A stretch of 64,000 nucleotides of DNA from an uncultured bacterium (GTDB lineage: Bacteria; Oederibacteriota; Muellerivitia; Muellerivitales; Muellerivitaceae): assembly GCA_964529445.1 (NCBI GenBank), contig CAZGWJ010000003.1, forward strand, positions 5,592 to 69,591. The letters are read 5' to 3'. Below the pieces are notes generated by a model, which did not search any database, was not told where the DNA came from, and saw only the letters and a list, made by a program, of their open reading frames with translations. Positions 1-9,890 of the stretch are shown here, piece by piece (position 1 is the first letter of the stretch; every line of letters begins with the position of its first letter). Made by a program: the position numbers and the translations under genes.

Positions 1-803
1 CCACCCGGATGGAAGAACGTGCCCAGCGGTTCCCCCTTGAAGAGGCGAAGGACCGAGTCGGTCACCCGTCCCGGAGCGATGACCATCGGGACACCGGACT
101 GCATCATCCGTTTGGCCGCCTTCACCTTGGTGACCATGCCTCCCGTGCCCACCATGGAGCCCGAACGACCGGCCCCCTGTTCGAAAGCCGGATCCCACTG
201 GACAACGTCCCGGATGAGGTCCGCGTCAGGACGCACCTTCGGGTCCTCGCGGTAAAGCCCCTCCGTATCCGTCAGGAGCACCAGGAGGTCCGCTTCCACG
301 AGATGGGCCACCAGGGATGCGAGGGTGTCATTGTCGCCGAACCGGATCTCCTGCACCACGACCGTGTCGTTCTCGTTCACGACGGGTACGATCCCCTCGC
401 CGAAGAGCTCCTCCAGCGTGTTCCGGGCGTTGGAATACCTCTGTCGATCCGAGAGGTCGTCCTGGGTCAGGAGGACCTGGGCCACCTTCATCCTGCGGCG
501 GGCGAAAGCCGTCACGTAGGCCTTCATCAGGGAACTCTGCCCGACGGCCGCAAGCGCCTGGAGCTTGGGGATCTCCTTCGGGCGCTTGTCCCATCCCAAC
601 TCCTGCAGGCCGAAGGCGATGGCTCCCGATGTCACCACGAGACATTGACGCCCCTGTCCCGAAAGGGTCCGGATTTGCCGCGCCAAACCCTGGATGAATC
701 CGGTCTGGACCCCGGCGGCACGATCCCCGGCCAGGAGACTGCTGCCCACCTTGATGACCACGCGACGGACGCGGCCGAGTGATTCCAGTCGTTTCCGGTT
801 CAT
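1..803 (-). CDS. proB: Glutamate 5-kinase. The 3' end runs off the window start; the ATG at 803 is present
   Basis: The minus-strand translation starts [27 protein letters not shown] and contains [12 protein letters not shown], which are glutamate 5-kinase motifs. Its ATG overlaps the obg stop as ATGA. The listed + ORF 9..782 is its antisense. Confidence 0.8.
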   Translation of the reverse strand, partial: MNRKRLESLGRVRRVVIKVGSSLLAGDRAAGVQTGFIQGLARQIRTLSGQGRQCLVVTSGAIAFGLQELGWDKRPKEIPKLQALAAVGQSSLMKAYVTAFARRRMKVAQVLLTQDDLSDRQRYSNARNTLEELFGEGIVPVVNENDTVVVQEIRFGDNDTLASLVAHLVEADLLVLLTDTEGLYREDPKVRPDADLIRDVVQWDPAFEQGAGRSGSMVGTGGMVTKVKAAKRMMQSGVPMVIAPGRVTDSVLRLFKGEPLGTFFHPG

Positions 804-2092
804 CTCTGCCGCCCCCTTTCCTCGCGATACGTCATCTCCACGTCCCCGCAGAACACGGTGTCGCCCTCCCTCACGCCAAGACGCTTGAGCTCCCTCGTCA
901 CACCCATCCGGGTGAGGATCTTATGGAAGCGTTCCAGGGCGTCCCGGCTCTCCAGATCGGTCATGGCGACCCACTTGCGGATCTCGGCCCCATCGACGCG
1001 CACGTCCCCGTCCACCATCTTCACCGTGAAGCGGCGCGATGCCCGGTAATGCGTTTCCCCCGGATGGACGGTTTCAGCTTCCGGAGGCGCAGCATCCGCC
1101 CGCTTCAAGCCGGCCCAAGCGGCTTCCATGAGTTCCGGAATGCCTTCCCCCGTCACAGCGGAGATCACGCATATTCTACCCCATTTAGGGGACAGTTTAC
1201 GGATCCACCCCCCGAGCTTCCGGCGATCCGGGAATGCGTCCACCTTGCTCAGGACGAGAACCTGAGGAAGTCGGGCTAACCTCGAGTGATGCGCTTCCAA
1301 CTCGCGCCGGATGGTCTTCACCCGTTTTCCCAACTCCCGGAGGTCTCCCGCCTCGGGGAGTTCGACCAGGTGCAGGAGCAGGCGGGTCCGCTCCAGGTGA
1401 CGCAGGAAACGGATCCCGAGCCCCTTCCCGAGATGGGCGCCTTCGATGAGACCGGGCACGTCCGCCAGCACGAAACTCCGTCCGTCCGTGAGTTTGACGA
1501 CGCCCAGCTGGGGCACCAGCGTGGTGAAGGGATAATCAGCGATCTTCGGCCTCGCGTGGGTCACGCGGGAAAGGAGCGTGGATTTCCCCGCGTTCGGATA
1601 CCCGACGATGCCCACGTCGGCAAGAAGGCTCAATTCCAGTCGAAGTTCCTTCTTCTCGCCCGGCTCGCCCTTCTCGGCCAAGCGGGGCGCCTGCCGTGTG
1701 GAGGTGGTGAAAGAGGCGTTCCCCCTTCCACCGCGGCCGCCCTTCACAGGCGTGAAGAGGGCGCCCTCGTGGTCCAGGTCCGCCAGGAGCGTCCCGTCCG
1801 CATCGAACACGCGGGTCCCAACCGGCACGCGCACGACAACGGCTTCGGCGTCACGGCCATGCATGTTCTTCCCCTTGCCGTGCTCCCCGTGCCGGGCGCG
1901 GTATTGGGGCTGGTACAGGAGGTCCACCAGGGTCTGCACGTCCGAACGGGCTTCCAACCGGACGTCGCCGCCGCGGCCGCCGTCACCGCCATTGGGGCCG
2001 CCGCGCGGAATGTACTTCTCGCGGCGGAAACTCATGCAGCCGTTCCCGCCGTTCCCGGCCTCCACCGTGATCTTCGCCTCGTCGATCAGCAC
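800..2092 (-). CDS. obg: GTPase Obg/CgtA
   Basis: The 430-aa product starts (GTG)[43 protein letters not shown], the Obg fold glycine-rich N-terminus. It has the GTP-binding motifs GYPNAGKST and DVPGLIEGA, and sits in the conserved rplU-rpmA-obg order. Confidence 0.9.
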   Translation of the reverse strand: MLIDEAKITVEAGNGGNGCMSFRREKYIPRGGPNGGDGGRGGDVRLEARSDVQTLVDLLYQPQYRARHGEHGKGKNMHGRDAEAVVVRVPVGTRVFDADGTLLADLDHEGALFTPVKGGRGGRGNASFTTSTRQAPRLAEKGEPGEKKELRLELSLLADVGIVGYPNAGKSTLLSRVTHARPKIADYPFTTLVPQLGVVKLTDGRSFVLADVPGLIEGAHLGKGLGIRFLRHLERTRLLLHLVELPEAGDLRELGKRVKTIRRELEAHHSRLARLPQVLVLSKVDAFPDRRKLGGWIRKLSPKWGRICVISAVTGEGIPELMEAAWAGLKRADAAPPEAETVHPGETHYRASRRFTVKMVDGDVRVDGAEIRKWVAMTDLESRDALERFHKILTRMGVTRELKRLGVREGDTVFCGDVEMTYREERGRQR

Positions 2093-2267
2093 GCTCCACC
2101 CCTCCCGGATTGCGACACGGACATTTTAGCCACCGATGGATGGGATGAACACAGATGAAGCACCCGCTTTTCCGCGCACACCATGGGGTTGCCCGACTTT
2201 CAAATCGTGCGATTGACTTCACGCCCTCGCGTCGGCCTTGAATCTTCCTTGTCATCGCCTCTGAAAA

Positions 2268-2302
2268 CAAAAAAGCCCCGCCCTTGAACCAAGGGCGGGG
2301 CT
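2268..2302 (-). terminator. Rho-independent terminator or attenuator between rpmA and obg
   Basis: Perfect 11-bp GC stem (GCCCCGCCCTT / AAGGGCGGGGC) with a 5-nt loop, followed on the minus strand by a T-run (the + strand A-run at 2267-2275). It lies just 3' of rpmA. Confidence 0.6.
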
Positions 2303-2327
2303 GGTGGTCTTGCGCTTTCTCAGGCGA

Positions 2328-2588
2328 TCAGGAAGCGGCCGCCTGGACGCTCACGGTCTTCGAGCCGTTCCGGACCTCCCGGAACTGCACCTGGCCGGAT
2401 ACCTTCGCGTACAAGGTGTCATCCCGGCCCACCCCGACATTCACCCCGGGCTTGTAACGACGCCCCCGCTGACGGATGAGGATGCTGCCCGCCGTCACGA
2501 AATTCCCGCCGAACGCCTTGATGCCGAGCCTTTGCCCGTTGCTGTCACGCCCGTTCTTGGAACTGCCGCCCGCCTTATGTTGACCCAT
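2328..2588 (-). CDS. rpmA: 50S ribosomal protein L27
   Basis: 86 aa starting [28 protein letters not shown], the canonical L27 sequence. Confidence 0.92.
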   Translation of the reverse strand: MGQHKAGGSSKNGRDSNGQRLGIKAFGGNFVTAGSILIRQRGRRYKPGVNVGVGRDDTLYAKVSGQVQFREVRNGSKTVSVQAAAS

Positions 2589-2609
2589 GACTCGAACCCT
2601 TCCTTGTGA

Positions 2610-2918
2610 TCAGGCCTCGATCTTCTCGATGGATACCCGCGTGACCTTGGGACGATGCCCAACGGTCTTCTGGGTGTTCTTGTGCTTGCGGAAACGATAG
2701 ACGCGCACTTTCCGGCCGCTTGACTGGGACAGGATCTTGCCGGTGACCTTGGCGGTCTTCACGGACTCTCCCGCCCGGACATTCCCGTCGTTGCCGACCA
2801 GGAGGACCTTCGGGAATTCGATGGAATCCCCCGCTTTGCCGGCCTGACGTTGGAGAACGATAACGTCCCCCTCGGCCACGCGATATTGGCGTCCGGATGC
2901 CTGGATGACTGCGTACAT
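2610..2918 (-). CDS. rplU: 50S ribosomal protein L21
   Basis: MYAVIQASGRQYRVAEGDVI... is the typical L21 N-terminus. The ATG at 2916-2918 was chosen over the upstream extension in the ORF track. Confidence 0.9.
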   Translation of the reverse strand: MYAVIQASGRQYRVAEGDVIVLQRQAGKAGDSIEFPKVLLVGNDGNVRAGESVKTAKVTGKILSQSSGRKVRVYRFRKHKNTQKTVGHRPKVTRVSIEKIEA

Positions 2919-3176
2919 GAACTCTCCTCCACAAGGGACCCTGGGGTCCGCGAAAGACCGCAAGTTTATTATCGGCCCCCAGTATTGTCAAGGCTTTTCG
3001 CGGAACACGCGAGAGAGTCCCGGTAATCCATCCAGGCACGAAGACGCGAAGATAACACCTATAGATAAGGGATTTATCGCGTGCCGCAGGAAAGAGGCGC
3101 GCCGGATTCAACCTCGTTTGCGGGGGTGCCGTTGGGGTTCCTCACGACTTCGTGATGTATTCGCCGGAAGGGGGTC

Positions 3177-4100
3177 CTAATACCAAAAGAGAAGACCGAA
3201 GAGATGACTGTTCAAGGTGAAATCGCTCTGGACCCGGGATGGTTTCCAGGCGTAACCGATCTCGTATTCCAGCCGGCCGAGACTGTGCCGCAATCCCGCT
3301 CCCATCGAGAAGCCGCGAGAAAGGGATTCCGAACTTCCCCAGAGATACCCGCCCCGCAAGGCGACCAGGCTCTTGTGCCAATACTCGGTCCCCAGGGAAA
3401 CCTTGAAACCCTCGTCGCGATCATGCAACCCTTCCAGACTGCACAACAACGTGGACGTACTGCGCACGACGAGCGGACGCGCCGCGCCGACCCGGAAAAG
3501 GAGCGGCAGGGGATCCTTGCCCTGCGGGTCGGGTTCGAAACGGACCGCCGGTCCCGCGTTTTGAACAACAGCGGCCAGGTCGGTTCCGGCGACCTGTAAC
3601 TTCACTCCGATGTCGAAAGCGTTCGTGAAGGCGTGCTTCTCCGCCAGCTTCAACAAGAGCGTCTTGAAGGTTCCTCCCACGGCAACCTTGCCCCACTGGC
3701 GGCTGTTGCAGAACGCCAAAACCATGTCATAGGCCTTGACGGGAGGATCCGTGGCCAACTCGTTGCTGATCTCGGGAAGATGCCGGTAAACGGCCTGGAC
3801 GCCGATCATGCCGAAGCGCTGGGTGGGGACCGCCAAACTGAGGGACTGCGTCTGGACCTCGGCGTAACCCGTGACGTGATCCAGGCCCAAACTGTATTTC
3901 GCAACGCGGGCCAACCCGGCCGGGTTATAGCCCATGACGTACACGTCGTCTCCAAACGCGGAATAGGCACCCGATAGAGCCGCAGGCCTCACTCCGGGCG
4001 GGCTTTTGAGGATGTCCGCGCCACTGGTACCCGGGCTGGCGGCAAGGACGGGCCCGGCGAAGAGACAAGCCGCCAGGAGAATGGATATGCGGGTCTTCAT
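3177..4100 (-). CDS. Outer-membrane beta-barrel protein with a PorV/UPF0164-like N-terminal motif
   Basis: Signal peptide MKTRISILLAACLFAGPVLA, then the motif GVRPAALSGAYSAFGDDV...NPAGLA, and an aromatic C-terminus (LLFWY). Confidence 0.6.
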   Translation of the reverse strand: MKTRISILLAACLFAGPVLAASPGTSGADILKSPPGVRPAALSGAYSAFGDDVYVMGYNPAGLARVAKYSLGLDHVTGYAEVQTQSLSLAVPTQRFGMIGVQAVYRHLPEISNELATDPPVKAYDMVLAFCNSRQWGKVAVGGTFKTLLLKLAEKHAFTNAFDIGVKLQVAGTDLAAVVQNAGPAVRFEPDPQGKDPLPLLFRVGAARPLVVRSTSTLLCSLEGLHDRDEGFKVSLGTEYWHKSLVALRGGYLWGSSESLSRGFSMGAGLRHSLGRLEYEIGYAWKPSRVQSDFTLNSHLFGLLFWY

Positions 4101-4248
4101 GATTTCACCAACCTATCACTCCCGCCCCAGAGGGTCAAGAAAGCCTCGAGCAACGCCAGATTTCGATCCGGCGCGAAAACGCAGTGCTTCGCAGAATGCG
4201 GAAAACCGCCTAATACAAAGGAAGTCCCCTCATCCCTCATCCGGTTCG

Positions 4249-5760
4249 CTACCACTCGTAACGAACACCGGCCGTCCAGACCCTCGAATCGAAGGTATCC
4301 CTCATGCGGGTAAACCGGCCCTCGGCAAACAAACCACCCGCCAGGAGCTGTTCGGCGGCGGCCTCCCAGGATGGCCGTTCACCCTCGACCGCCTTCTCGC
4401 GGAAATCGAGCCGTGTTTTCGTGTCCAGGGTCAATTCCAATCCGCCGGCCACCTCATTGCGCCGGGCTGCGAGGGATGTCAGGAGGGTCTGGCACTCGGT
4501 CCTCACGACCAGTCGGCGAGCGCGGGGAATGAAAGAGGCGCTCATGGAAAGGTCAACGTGGACGGCGGGTCCATGGAACCCCCCGATCCACGGTGCGATA
4601 CCGGTAGCGTAATGGATACCCGCATCCAGGGAATCACCCGGCAGGTACCGGAGACCCACGCGATCCTGCCGGAAATGGGACGGTTCCCCGCCGCCCTCCG
4701 ACCGTTCGGAACCCGCATGGAATCCCAGGGCTCCGTAATGGCCCTGCAATCCGGCGGCCAGGGAATAACGCGGCGCCTCTCGCGTCTCGAAATCGCCCCG
4801 CAACGCCAGGTCCCCCATCACGATACCCAGCGCATCGAACGATTCCGTGTTCTGGACGAACCCCCTCGTCCGGGCCGGCGCGGCATCCTTTCCCTCCCAA
4901 AGGGTCCTCTCGACGCCCGTCGCCAGCTGGCTCTCGACGAACCCGGCCATGTTGAAAAGGGTCCGTGCTTCGACCCCGGCCTGCCGCGCCTCGATCGCGG
5001 AATCAACAGCCCTTTGCGCATAGGGCTTCAGGGACCATTCGTTGAAGTGCCCCACACCGCTCCGGACCTCGCCGTACAGGGATGTCCACCTCGCGCCCGA
5101 AAGGGTCTTCAAGTCCAATGCCCCTCCGGCCAGCCGGGTATCGCCCTTCCAGTCGCGACGGCATCGGCCGGTCACCGTCCAGGCATCGACTTCCCCGTCC
5201 CGCCGGTCATCCTTCATGCGGAAGGATCCCGCCAGAGTGCCCAGGTCACCCGGGAATCGGACATGAGCCCCCGCGCGATGCGGCACGCCGGCCCACCCAC
5301 CGGCAATAAAAGGCGTGTCCGGATCGAAGAGCGGGGCCCTCAGATGGATCACACCCCCTGCCGCGGAGGGACCCCACCAGGCGGAGGCCGGGAAATCATG
5401 GGCCTCCACGGTTCCAGCTCCCGAGGGAAGGATCCCTTCCAATGCCATTGCGGGAAGAGGGCAGGCCAATCCCTCAAAGAACAGAGAACCCGGCGCGAAG
5501 GAGAAGGGATTCGCGCGCGCCAGCACATAGGACGACCAACCTTGGAACGGATCCCGCGCGAGAAGCGGATCCAGGACCCGCAATTCATGGGACAGGTCTC
5601 CCGCGAAATAATCGGCTCCCGGGAAACCGAGAATCTCCCCTGCTCCGAAGGGACGTCCCCGGTCGGCTGTCAGGGCGAAAACCGGGGTCGAGAGGAGACC
5701 GAGAACGACCGCAAGCAGGAGGGACCCGGATCGGAAGTGATCGCATTGAGAGCGCATCAT
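4249..5760 (-). CDS. Putative outer-membrane beta-barrel protein with a TonB-dependent-receptor-like plug motif
   Basis: Signal peptide, a GGVIHLR plug-like motif, and a C-terminus ending ...GVRYEW, which is a beta-barrel terminal aromatic. At 503 aa it is short for a TBDR, so the family call is tentative. Confidence 0.5.
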   Translation of the reverse strand: MMRSQCDHFRSGSLLLAVVLGLLSTPVFALTADRGRPFGAGEILGFPGADYFAGDLSHELRVLDPLLARDPFQGWSSYVLARANPFSFAPGSLFFEGLACPLPAMALEGILPSGAGTVEAHDFPASAWWGPSAAGGVIHLRAPLFDPDTPFIAGGWAGVPHRAGAHVRFPGDLGTLAGSFRMKDDRRDGEVDAWTVTGRCRRDWKGDTRLAGGALDLKTLSGARWTSLYGEVRSGVGHFNEWSLKPYAQRAVDSAIEARQAGVEARTLFNMAGFVESQLATGVERTLWEGKDAAPARTRGFVQNTESFDALGIVMGDLALRGDFETREAPRYSLAAGLQGHYGALGFHAGSERSEGGGEPSHFRQDRVGLRYLPGDSLDAGIHYATGIAPWIGGFHGPAVHVDLSMSASFIPRARRLVVRTECQTLLTSLAARRNEVAGGLELTLDTKTRLDFREKAVEGERPSWEAAAEQLLAGGLFAEGRFTRMRDTFDSRVWTAGVRYEW

Positions 5761-5812
5761 CGGAGGATTCTAGCAAAGAAAAGAGGCGATGGCATGCCGA
5801 CCCGATGACGAC

Positions 5813-6853
5813 TCAGGATTCCGGGGGAGGAGGGATCTCGTCTCCCGGCTCCCAGGTGGAACCCTCGAGAACAAGCTCTTCGGCGTCGAAATCCACGGGA
5901 TAGGTGTCGCCGGACAGCGGCTTGAGAGACCGCCCGCCCTGGACCGCCTTCACACCCCTGGGCACCCGCACCTTCAGGACCACGCCCTTCGGGAAGGGAT
6001 CGGGCTTCATCCAGCGAAAACCGACCCTTGCGCCCTCCTTCGTGAAGGAGGCCGACTCCATCGCCTTCTGGGCCTTCCAGTAGGCTCCCACCTCGGAGAA
6101 GGGCGCGATCCAGAGGTCCTTGCGCTTCCTGGCCAGGTAGTCCAGGAACTTCAGGTAGATGTCCTTCGGGACGGGTTGCCACATGTTGGAACCCTCGATG
6201 GCGTGGATCATGAGCACGGTCCAAGCCCCGAGTTCGAGATCCCGGTCCACCCAGAACTTGTAGTTGTCGTAGGTGTAGTTCGTCATCGTGGCCTGGCTGG
6301 GGATGTTCATCCAGTCCGGCACCGAATCGGGCGTCAAGTAATAACTCGCGGCGTAACCGCCCCGGGCGGCCAGGGCGTTCGGGTCGATCCACTTCTTCAA
6401 ACCCTCCGTGATCTCGACGAAGGGATAGGCGAAACCGAGGACCGGCCGTCCGACGAGCTTTTCGAGGTCTTCCCGTGCGCCGGCGACCTCATCCTTCTCT
6501 TCGTTCGCCTTGAGTTCCGCGGCATGGCGGTGGGTCCTCGTATGGTTTCCGATCTCATGCCCCGTTTCAGCCGCCTTCGTCCAAGCGTCGGGGCGGTCGA
6601 TCCATCGGGTCACAAGGAAGAAGGTGCCTCTCATACCCCGCTTGTCCATCTCGGGGATGACGAGGTCCAGGTGGATCGGGTCGCCATCGTCATAGGTGAG
6701 AGAGATCGCCGCCTTGTACCCGTTCCAGGGTAGGACTTGGAAAGGCATATCCGCGGAATGGGAGGAAGAGGGCGCGAGAAGAGAGCCCAAAAGCCCCAGG
6801 AATACGGCCCGGGGTCCGACCCCTTCAAGCACGGTTCGAACCAGGGTGGGCAT
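5813..6853 (-). CDS. Polysaccharide deacetylase, CE4 / NodB-homology family
   Basis: Signal peptide, then LTYDDGD...H..GNHTRTH motifs typical of NodB-domain deacetylases. Confidence 0.7.
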   Translation of the reverse strand: MPTLVRTVLEGVGPRAVFLGLLGSLLAPSSSHSADMPFQVLPWNGYKAAISLTYDDGDPIHLDLVIPEMDKRGMRGTFFLVTRWIDRPDAWTKAAETGHEIGNHTRTHRHAAELKANEEKDEVAGAREDLEKLVGRPVLGFAYPFVEITEGLKKWIDPNALAARGGYAASYYLTPDSVPDWMNIPSQATMTNYTYDNYKFWVDRDLELGAWTVLMIHAIEGSNMWQPVPKDIYLKFLDYLARKRKDLWIAPFSEVGAYWKAQKAMESASFTKEGARVGFRWMKPDPFPKGVVLKVRVPRGVKAVQGGRSLKPLSGDTYPVDFDAEELVLEGSTWEPGDEIPPPPES

Positions 6854-6859
6854 GACCGA

Positions 6860-8047
6860 TCAATCCCGTGCCATCCGGGAGAGTTTTCGGAACCCCTCCG
6901 CAAGGTCAGGATCCTTAAACTCGAGGGTCCTGCGGTCGAAATGAGTCCCCGGGTCCCACAGCATGGGACACATGCCCAACCGGTAGAACCGCTCCGCCAC
7001 CGTTAAAATGTAGCGGCGCACGCTCGCTGGCTCCTTCTTCGTAGTCGACCCGTATTCGCCTAGGATGATGGGCACTCCCTGGTCGAGGAAACGTTCCTTG
7101 AGCTTTTGCACGTTGGAATCCAGCTCCTTCAGGTCCTCCGGTGTGCCCCAGGTCATGCGCATCTTGCCCCAGGATTCGTCCTTCTCCAGCCCCGCGAAGG
7201 TGTAGGGGGTGTAGTAGTGGACGGAGGCGATGCAACGGCTCGCCGGGTCCTGCGGCATGAGGAAGAGCGGGTGTACCGTCAGGTCGATGTCCGTGCAGTA
7301 TCCCGCGATGAGGAGATGGCGGTTCCCGTTCCTGCCCCCGCTCGCCCGGACGAGGTCGACGAAGACCTGGTTGATGTCGTTCAGGATGCCATAGGCCCTT
7401 TTCCGCTGTTCCTCGGTTCCCCCGCCCCAGCGGTTCCACACGTCGCCGAAACAGCCCTCCTCGTTCAGGGATTCGAAGATCAGGGCGGCCGGGTAATCGG
7501 CGAAATACCCGGCGATCTGCGACCACACGGTCTTGTACTTCTCCATGCTCTTGTCGGGTTCGGTCGGGAACTTGGACCACCAGCCGCCGTCCCAGTGGAT
7601 GTTGACCACCGCGACCATCCCCTCGGCGAGGACCCAATCCACGATCTGCCGCACGCGTTTCAGCAGTTCGGGTTCGATCTTGTGCTTGCCGTACATCAGG
7701 TTCGACCAGGCCACGGGGATCCTCACCGATTCGAAACCGGAGGCCTTGATTTTCGCGATCATCTCCCTCGTGGTCTCGGGATTGCCCCAGGCGGTCTCGT
7801 AATTGACGACCTCCTGTCCCTTGATCCAGTCGCCGCAGGCCTCCATGGTGTTGCCCAGGTTCCAGCCCAGGCCCATTTTCCGGACGGCCTCGACGGAGGT
7901 GACATCCTCCAGGGGCATCGTTGCGGCTTGCGGGGGTGCAGCGGCCTTCGTGTGGACGGTCTTGCCCGAGGAGGCACAGGAGGCGAGGAAGGCGGAAAGG
8001 AACACGAAGGCAGGAACGAGGATCGATCGGAAGGCGGCGGAAGTCAT
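6860..8047 (-). CDS. Glycoside hydrolase family 5 (endoglucanase/mannanase-like) lipoprotein
   Basis: Start chosen at MTSAAFRSILVPAFVFLSAFLASC (lipobox), ATG at 8045-8047. GH5 motifs present: GWNLGN, IFESLNEEG, ILGEYG. Confidence 0.75.
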   Translation of the reverse strand: MTSAAFRSILVPAFVFLSAFLASCASSGKTVHTKAAAPPQAATMPLEDVTSVEAVRKMGLGWNLGNTMEACGDWIKGQEVVNYETAWGNPETTREMIAKIKASGFESVRIPVAWSNLMYGKHKIEPELLKRVRQIVDWVLAEGMVAVVNIHWDGGWWSKFPTEPDKSMEKYKTVWSQIAGYFADYPAALIFESLNEEGCFGDVWNRWGGGTEEQRKRAYGILNDINQVFVDLVRASGGRNGNRHLLIAGYCTDIDLTVHPLFLMPQDPASRCIASVHYYTPYTFAGLEKDESWGKMRMTWGTPEDLKELDSNVQKLKERFLDQGVPIILGEYGSTTKKEPASVRRYILTVAERFYRLGMCPMLWDPGTHFDRRTLEFKDPDLAEGFRKLSRMARD

Positions 8048-8223
8048 GGGAATCCCCCTTGCAGGAATGCCAGCAATGTACCGGCATCGCGGGCGCTTGG
8101 CAAACCCATCCTGGAAAATAAAGCGAGAAATCGGTTCACTCAAGGGTTTGAGTGGGCCGACCCTCCGGCGGAGCGACCGCCCACATCCACAGACCCAAAC
8201 AATCACGAAGCACCAGTCACTAT

Positions 8224-9708
8224 CTATCGCCCGGTGTTTTCGTAGTTCCGCTGGTATTTGGGCCAGGGGGATGCAGCCAAGACGGATGAGTTGCATTCTT
8301 CTATGGCGAAAAATCCACCGCTCGTGCCAACATAGATCTTTCCATCTCTCCCAATCGCCGGAGATCCATTCGAACCCTCGCCACCGATGTATTCCCAACG
8401 TAACGTCCCATCAGGATGATATGCGTGCACAAGCGGTCTGGTTGCGCCACTTGCAGCAGCCACATAAATCGTTCCATTTGCCGCGATTGTGGGCGATCCA
8501 ACACAAAACCCTGTGGGCACTTGCCATCTCAGCGAACCATCCGGATTCACGGCAAACAATGCGTTACCGCCCACGCCATACCTCGTGAAATAAACCGTTC
8601 CGTCTGCGCCAATAACCGGTGAATGGCCGAGCCATAATCCTGCATTATATCGCCACTTTAACGAGCCGCTCGGATCAAACGCATACAAATATCCATCCCG
8701 CCCCAATGTATATATTGTTCCATCCTGTCCAATGGCAGAGCTTCTCGGAAATGAATCTTCCGCCTCATAGGACCACTTCAACGTTCCATTCGGATTGAGA
8801 GCATAATATGTCGTAGCTCCTGCGCCAAAGTAGATGGTGCCATCGTTCCCGATCGCCGGCGTGGAGTTAACACCACCACTTGTCAAATAGCTCCACTTGA
8901 CACTCCCGTCCGGCTTTAATGCATACAGTCGCTTATCATCAGACCCGACATAGATTGTTCCATCGGAGCCGATGGCAGGACATGAGTAGCTCGTATCAAA
9001 CGTAACAGACCATTGCAGTGTTCCATTCGAATTCAGGGCAATCAATTCATTGGTAGCGGGTGCTGCCGTAAAATATATCGTTCCATCCGCGCCGACAGCT
9101 GGGTCGTTTGAGAAATAATCATTACTCGGGTAATCCCATTTAGGACTCCCATCCGGATTGACCGCATAAATCGAAGACCCGCGAAAATAGAGCGTACCAT
9201 CGGTCGCGATCGCCGCGCACTGTCCTGTGTACCATCCTGGATAAACCCACTTTTGAACGACCAGGGAATTGCATATCTGTGTAGGATTGAATGTACACGT
9301 GGAAGTAGGCGTGTCTGTTGCAGTGGCTGTATCAGTATGCGTCACCGTTGTAGTACCAGTGGATGTTAACGTTCGGGTTGCGGTCTGCGTATTCATCGAA
9401 GTCGAGGTATTTGTAGGGATCGAAGTAAACGTTCGAGTTGGTGTCGTTGATGTGCCGACGGGAGTTAGCGTTTGGGTTGCAGTATGCGTACTTATTGGAG
9501 TCGGTGTATTTGTCGGACTCAGAGTAAGCGTGGGCGTTGGTATCATCGTGGACGTCGGAGTCGTATTCATTCGGGCCGCCGAGAGAGGAGGCACCGATAT
9601 CTTCTGCTTACAAGCAGATAAAGGCAAAGTGATACCGGCTATAAGGGCTAGGATAATAACGTTTCCAACCGCACGACTAATTCCCGAGTAAATGTTCATA
9701 CGAACCAT
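8224..9708 (-). CDS. Lipoprotein with a Thr/Pro-rich linker and a PQQ/BamB-like beta-propeller repeat domain
   Basis: Lipobox LPLSAC. A roughly 100-aa T/P/S low-complexity linker. Repeated 'DGTIYFG/DGTLYA...LKW' blades typical of PQQ-type beta-propellers. Noticeably lower GC than its neighbours. Confidence 0.65.
   Translation of the reverse strand: MVRMNIYSGISRAVGNVIILALIAGITLPLSACKQKISVPPLSAARMNTTPTSTMIPTPTLTLSPTNTPTPISTHTATQTLTPVGTSTTPTRTFTSIPTNTSTSMNTQTATRTLTSTGTTTVTHTDTATATDTPTSTCTFNPTQICNSLVVQKWVYPGWYTGQCAAIATDGTLYFRGSSIYAVNPDGSPKWDYPSNDYFSNDPAVGADGTIYFTAAPATNELIALNSNGTLQWSVTFDTSYSCPAIGSDGTIYVGSDDKRLYALKPDGSVKWSYLTSGGVNSTPAIGNDGTIYFGAGATTYYALNPNGTLKWSYEAEDSFPRSSAIGQDGTIYTLGRDGYLYAFDPSGSLKWRYNAGLWLGHSPVIGADGTVYFTRYGVGGNALFAVNPDGSLRWQVPTGFCVGSPTIAANGTIYVAAASGATRPLVHAYHPDGTLRWEYIGGEGSNGSPAIGRDGKIYVGTSGGFFAIEECNSSVLAASPWPKYQRNYENTGR
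9270..9600. repeat. Imperfect tandem DNA repeats encoding the Thr/Pro-rich linker of the 8224..9708 lipoprotein
   Basis: Reiterated units of the type gtgggcgttggt / gtcgg(a/t)gt on the + strand. They produce the spurious V-rich + ORF 9269..9691. Confidence 0.6.
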
Positions 9709-9842
9709 TTAAACCCTTTCCGGACAACATATTCTGCTCGAATTGACTATCAGGTTTATGGTTATTATAACATCAACACTAGCGGATGTCCGTTGTTCAG
9801 ACATACACCCGACCCCTCGGGTTCTCGTCCCATCGCCCCCCT

Positions 9843-9882
9843 ACAAAAGAAAACCCGGGGCACCCTATTCGGGCACCCCGGG
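9843..9882 (-). terminator. Rho-independent terminator, interpreted as the ancestral tRNA-Gly terminator now displaced to attL
   Basis: Stem CCCGGGG (9854-9860) / CCCCGGG (9876-9882) with a 15-nt loop, followed on the minus strand by a TTTTCTTTTGT run. It lies immediately downstream of the attL copy of the tRNA 3' end. Confidence 0.5.
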
Positions 9883-9890
9883 TTCATTTT

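Noticed and set aside
9-782. 257-aa + strand ORF in the ORF track
   Set aside because: It is antisense to proB. The minus strand translates to a textbook glutamate 5-kinase ([22 protein letters not shown]..., [12 protein letters not shown]). The + frame is a GC-rich artefact.
2160-2330. Intergenic region between obg and rpmA, scanned for a tRNA or small RNA
   Set aside because: Only the hairpin and T-run terminator were found. There is no cloverleaf-compatible sequence.
4006-5808. 600-aa + ORF overlapping the 4249..5760 outer-membrane protein gene
   Set aside because: It is antisense. The minus-strand product has a signal peptide and a beta-barrel C-terminus, and the + product is R/P/G-rich with no features.
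7106-8245. Long + strand ORFs (7106..8245, 7803..8588) overlapping the GH5 gene
   Set aside because: They are antisense to a well-supported GH5 lipoprotein gene. High GC inflates open frames. No motifs.
9270-9600. Short tandem repeats considered as a possible CRISPR array, given the CARF gene elsewhere in the window
   Set aside because: The repeats are imperfect and contiguous with no unique spacers, lie inside a CDS, and encode a low-complexity linker. No cas genes are adjacent.
9269-9691. 140-aa Val-rich + ORF (VGVSVAVAVSVCV...)
   Set aside because: It is produced by reading the tandem repeat region antisense to the Thr/Pro linker of the 8224..9708 lipoprotein. Low complexity, no start context.
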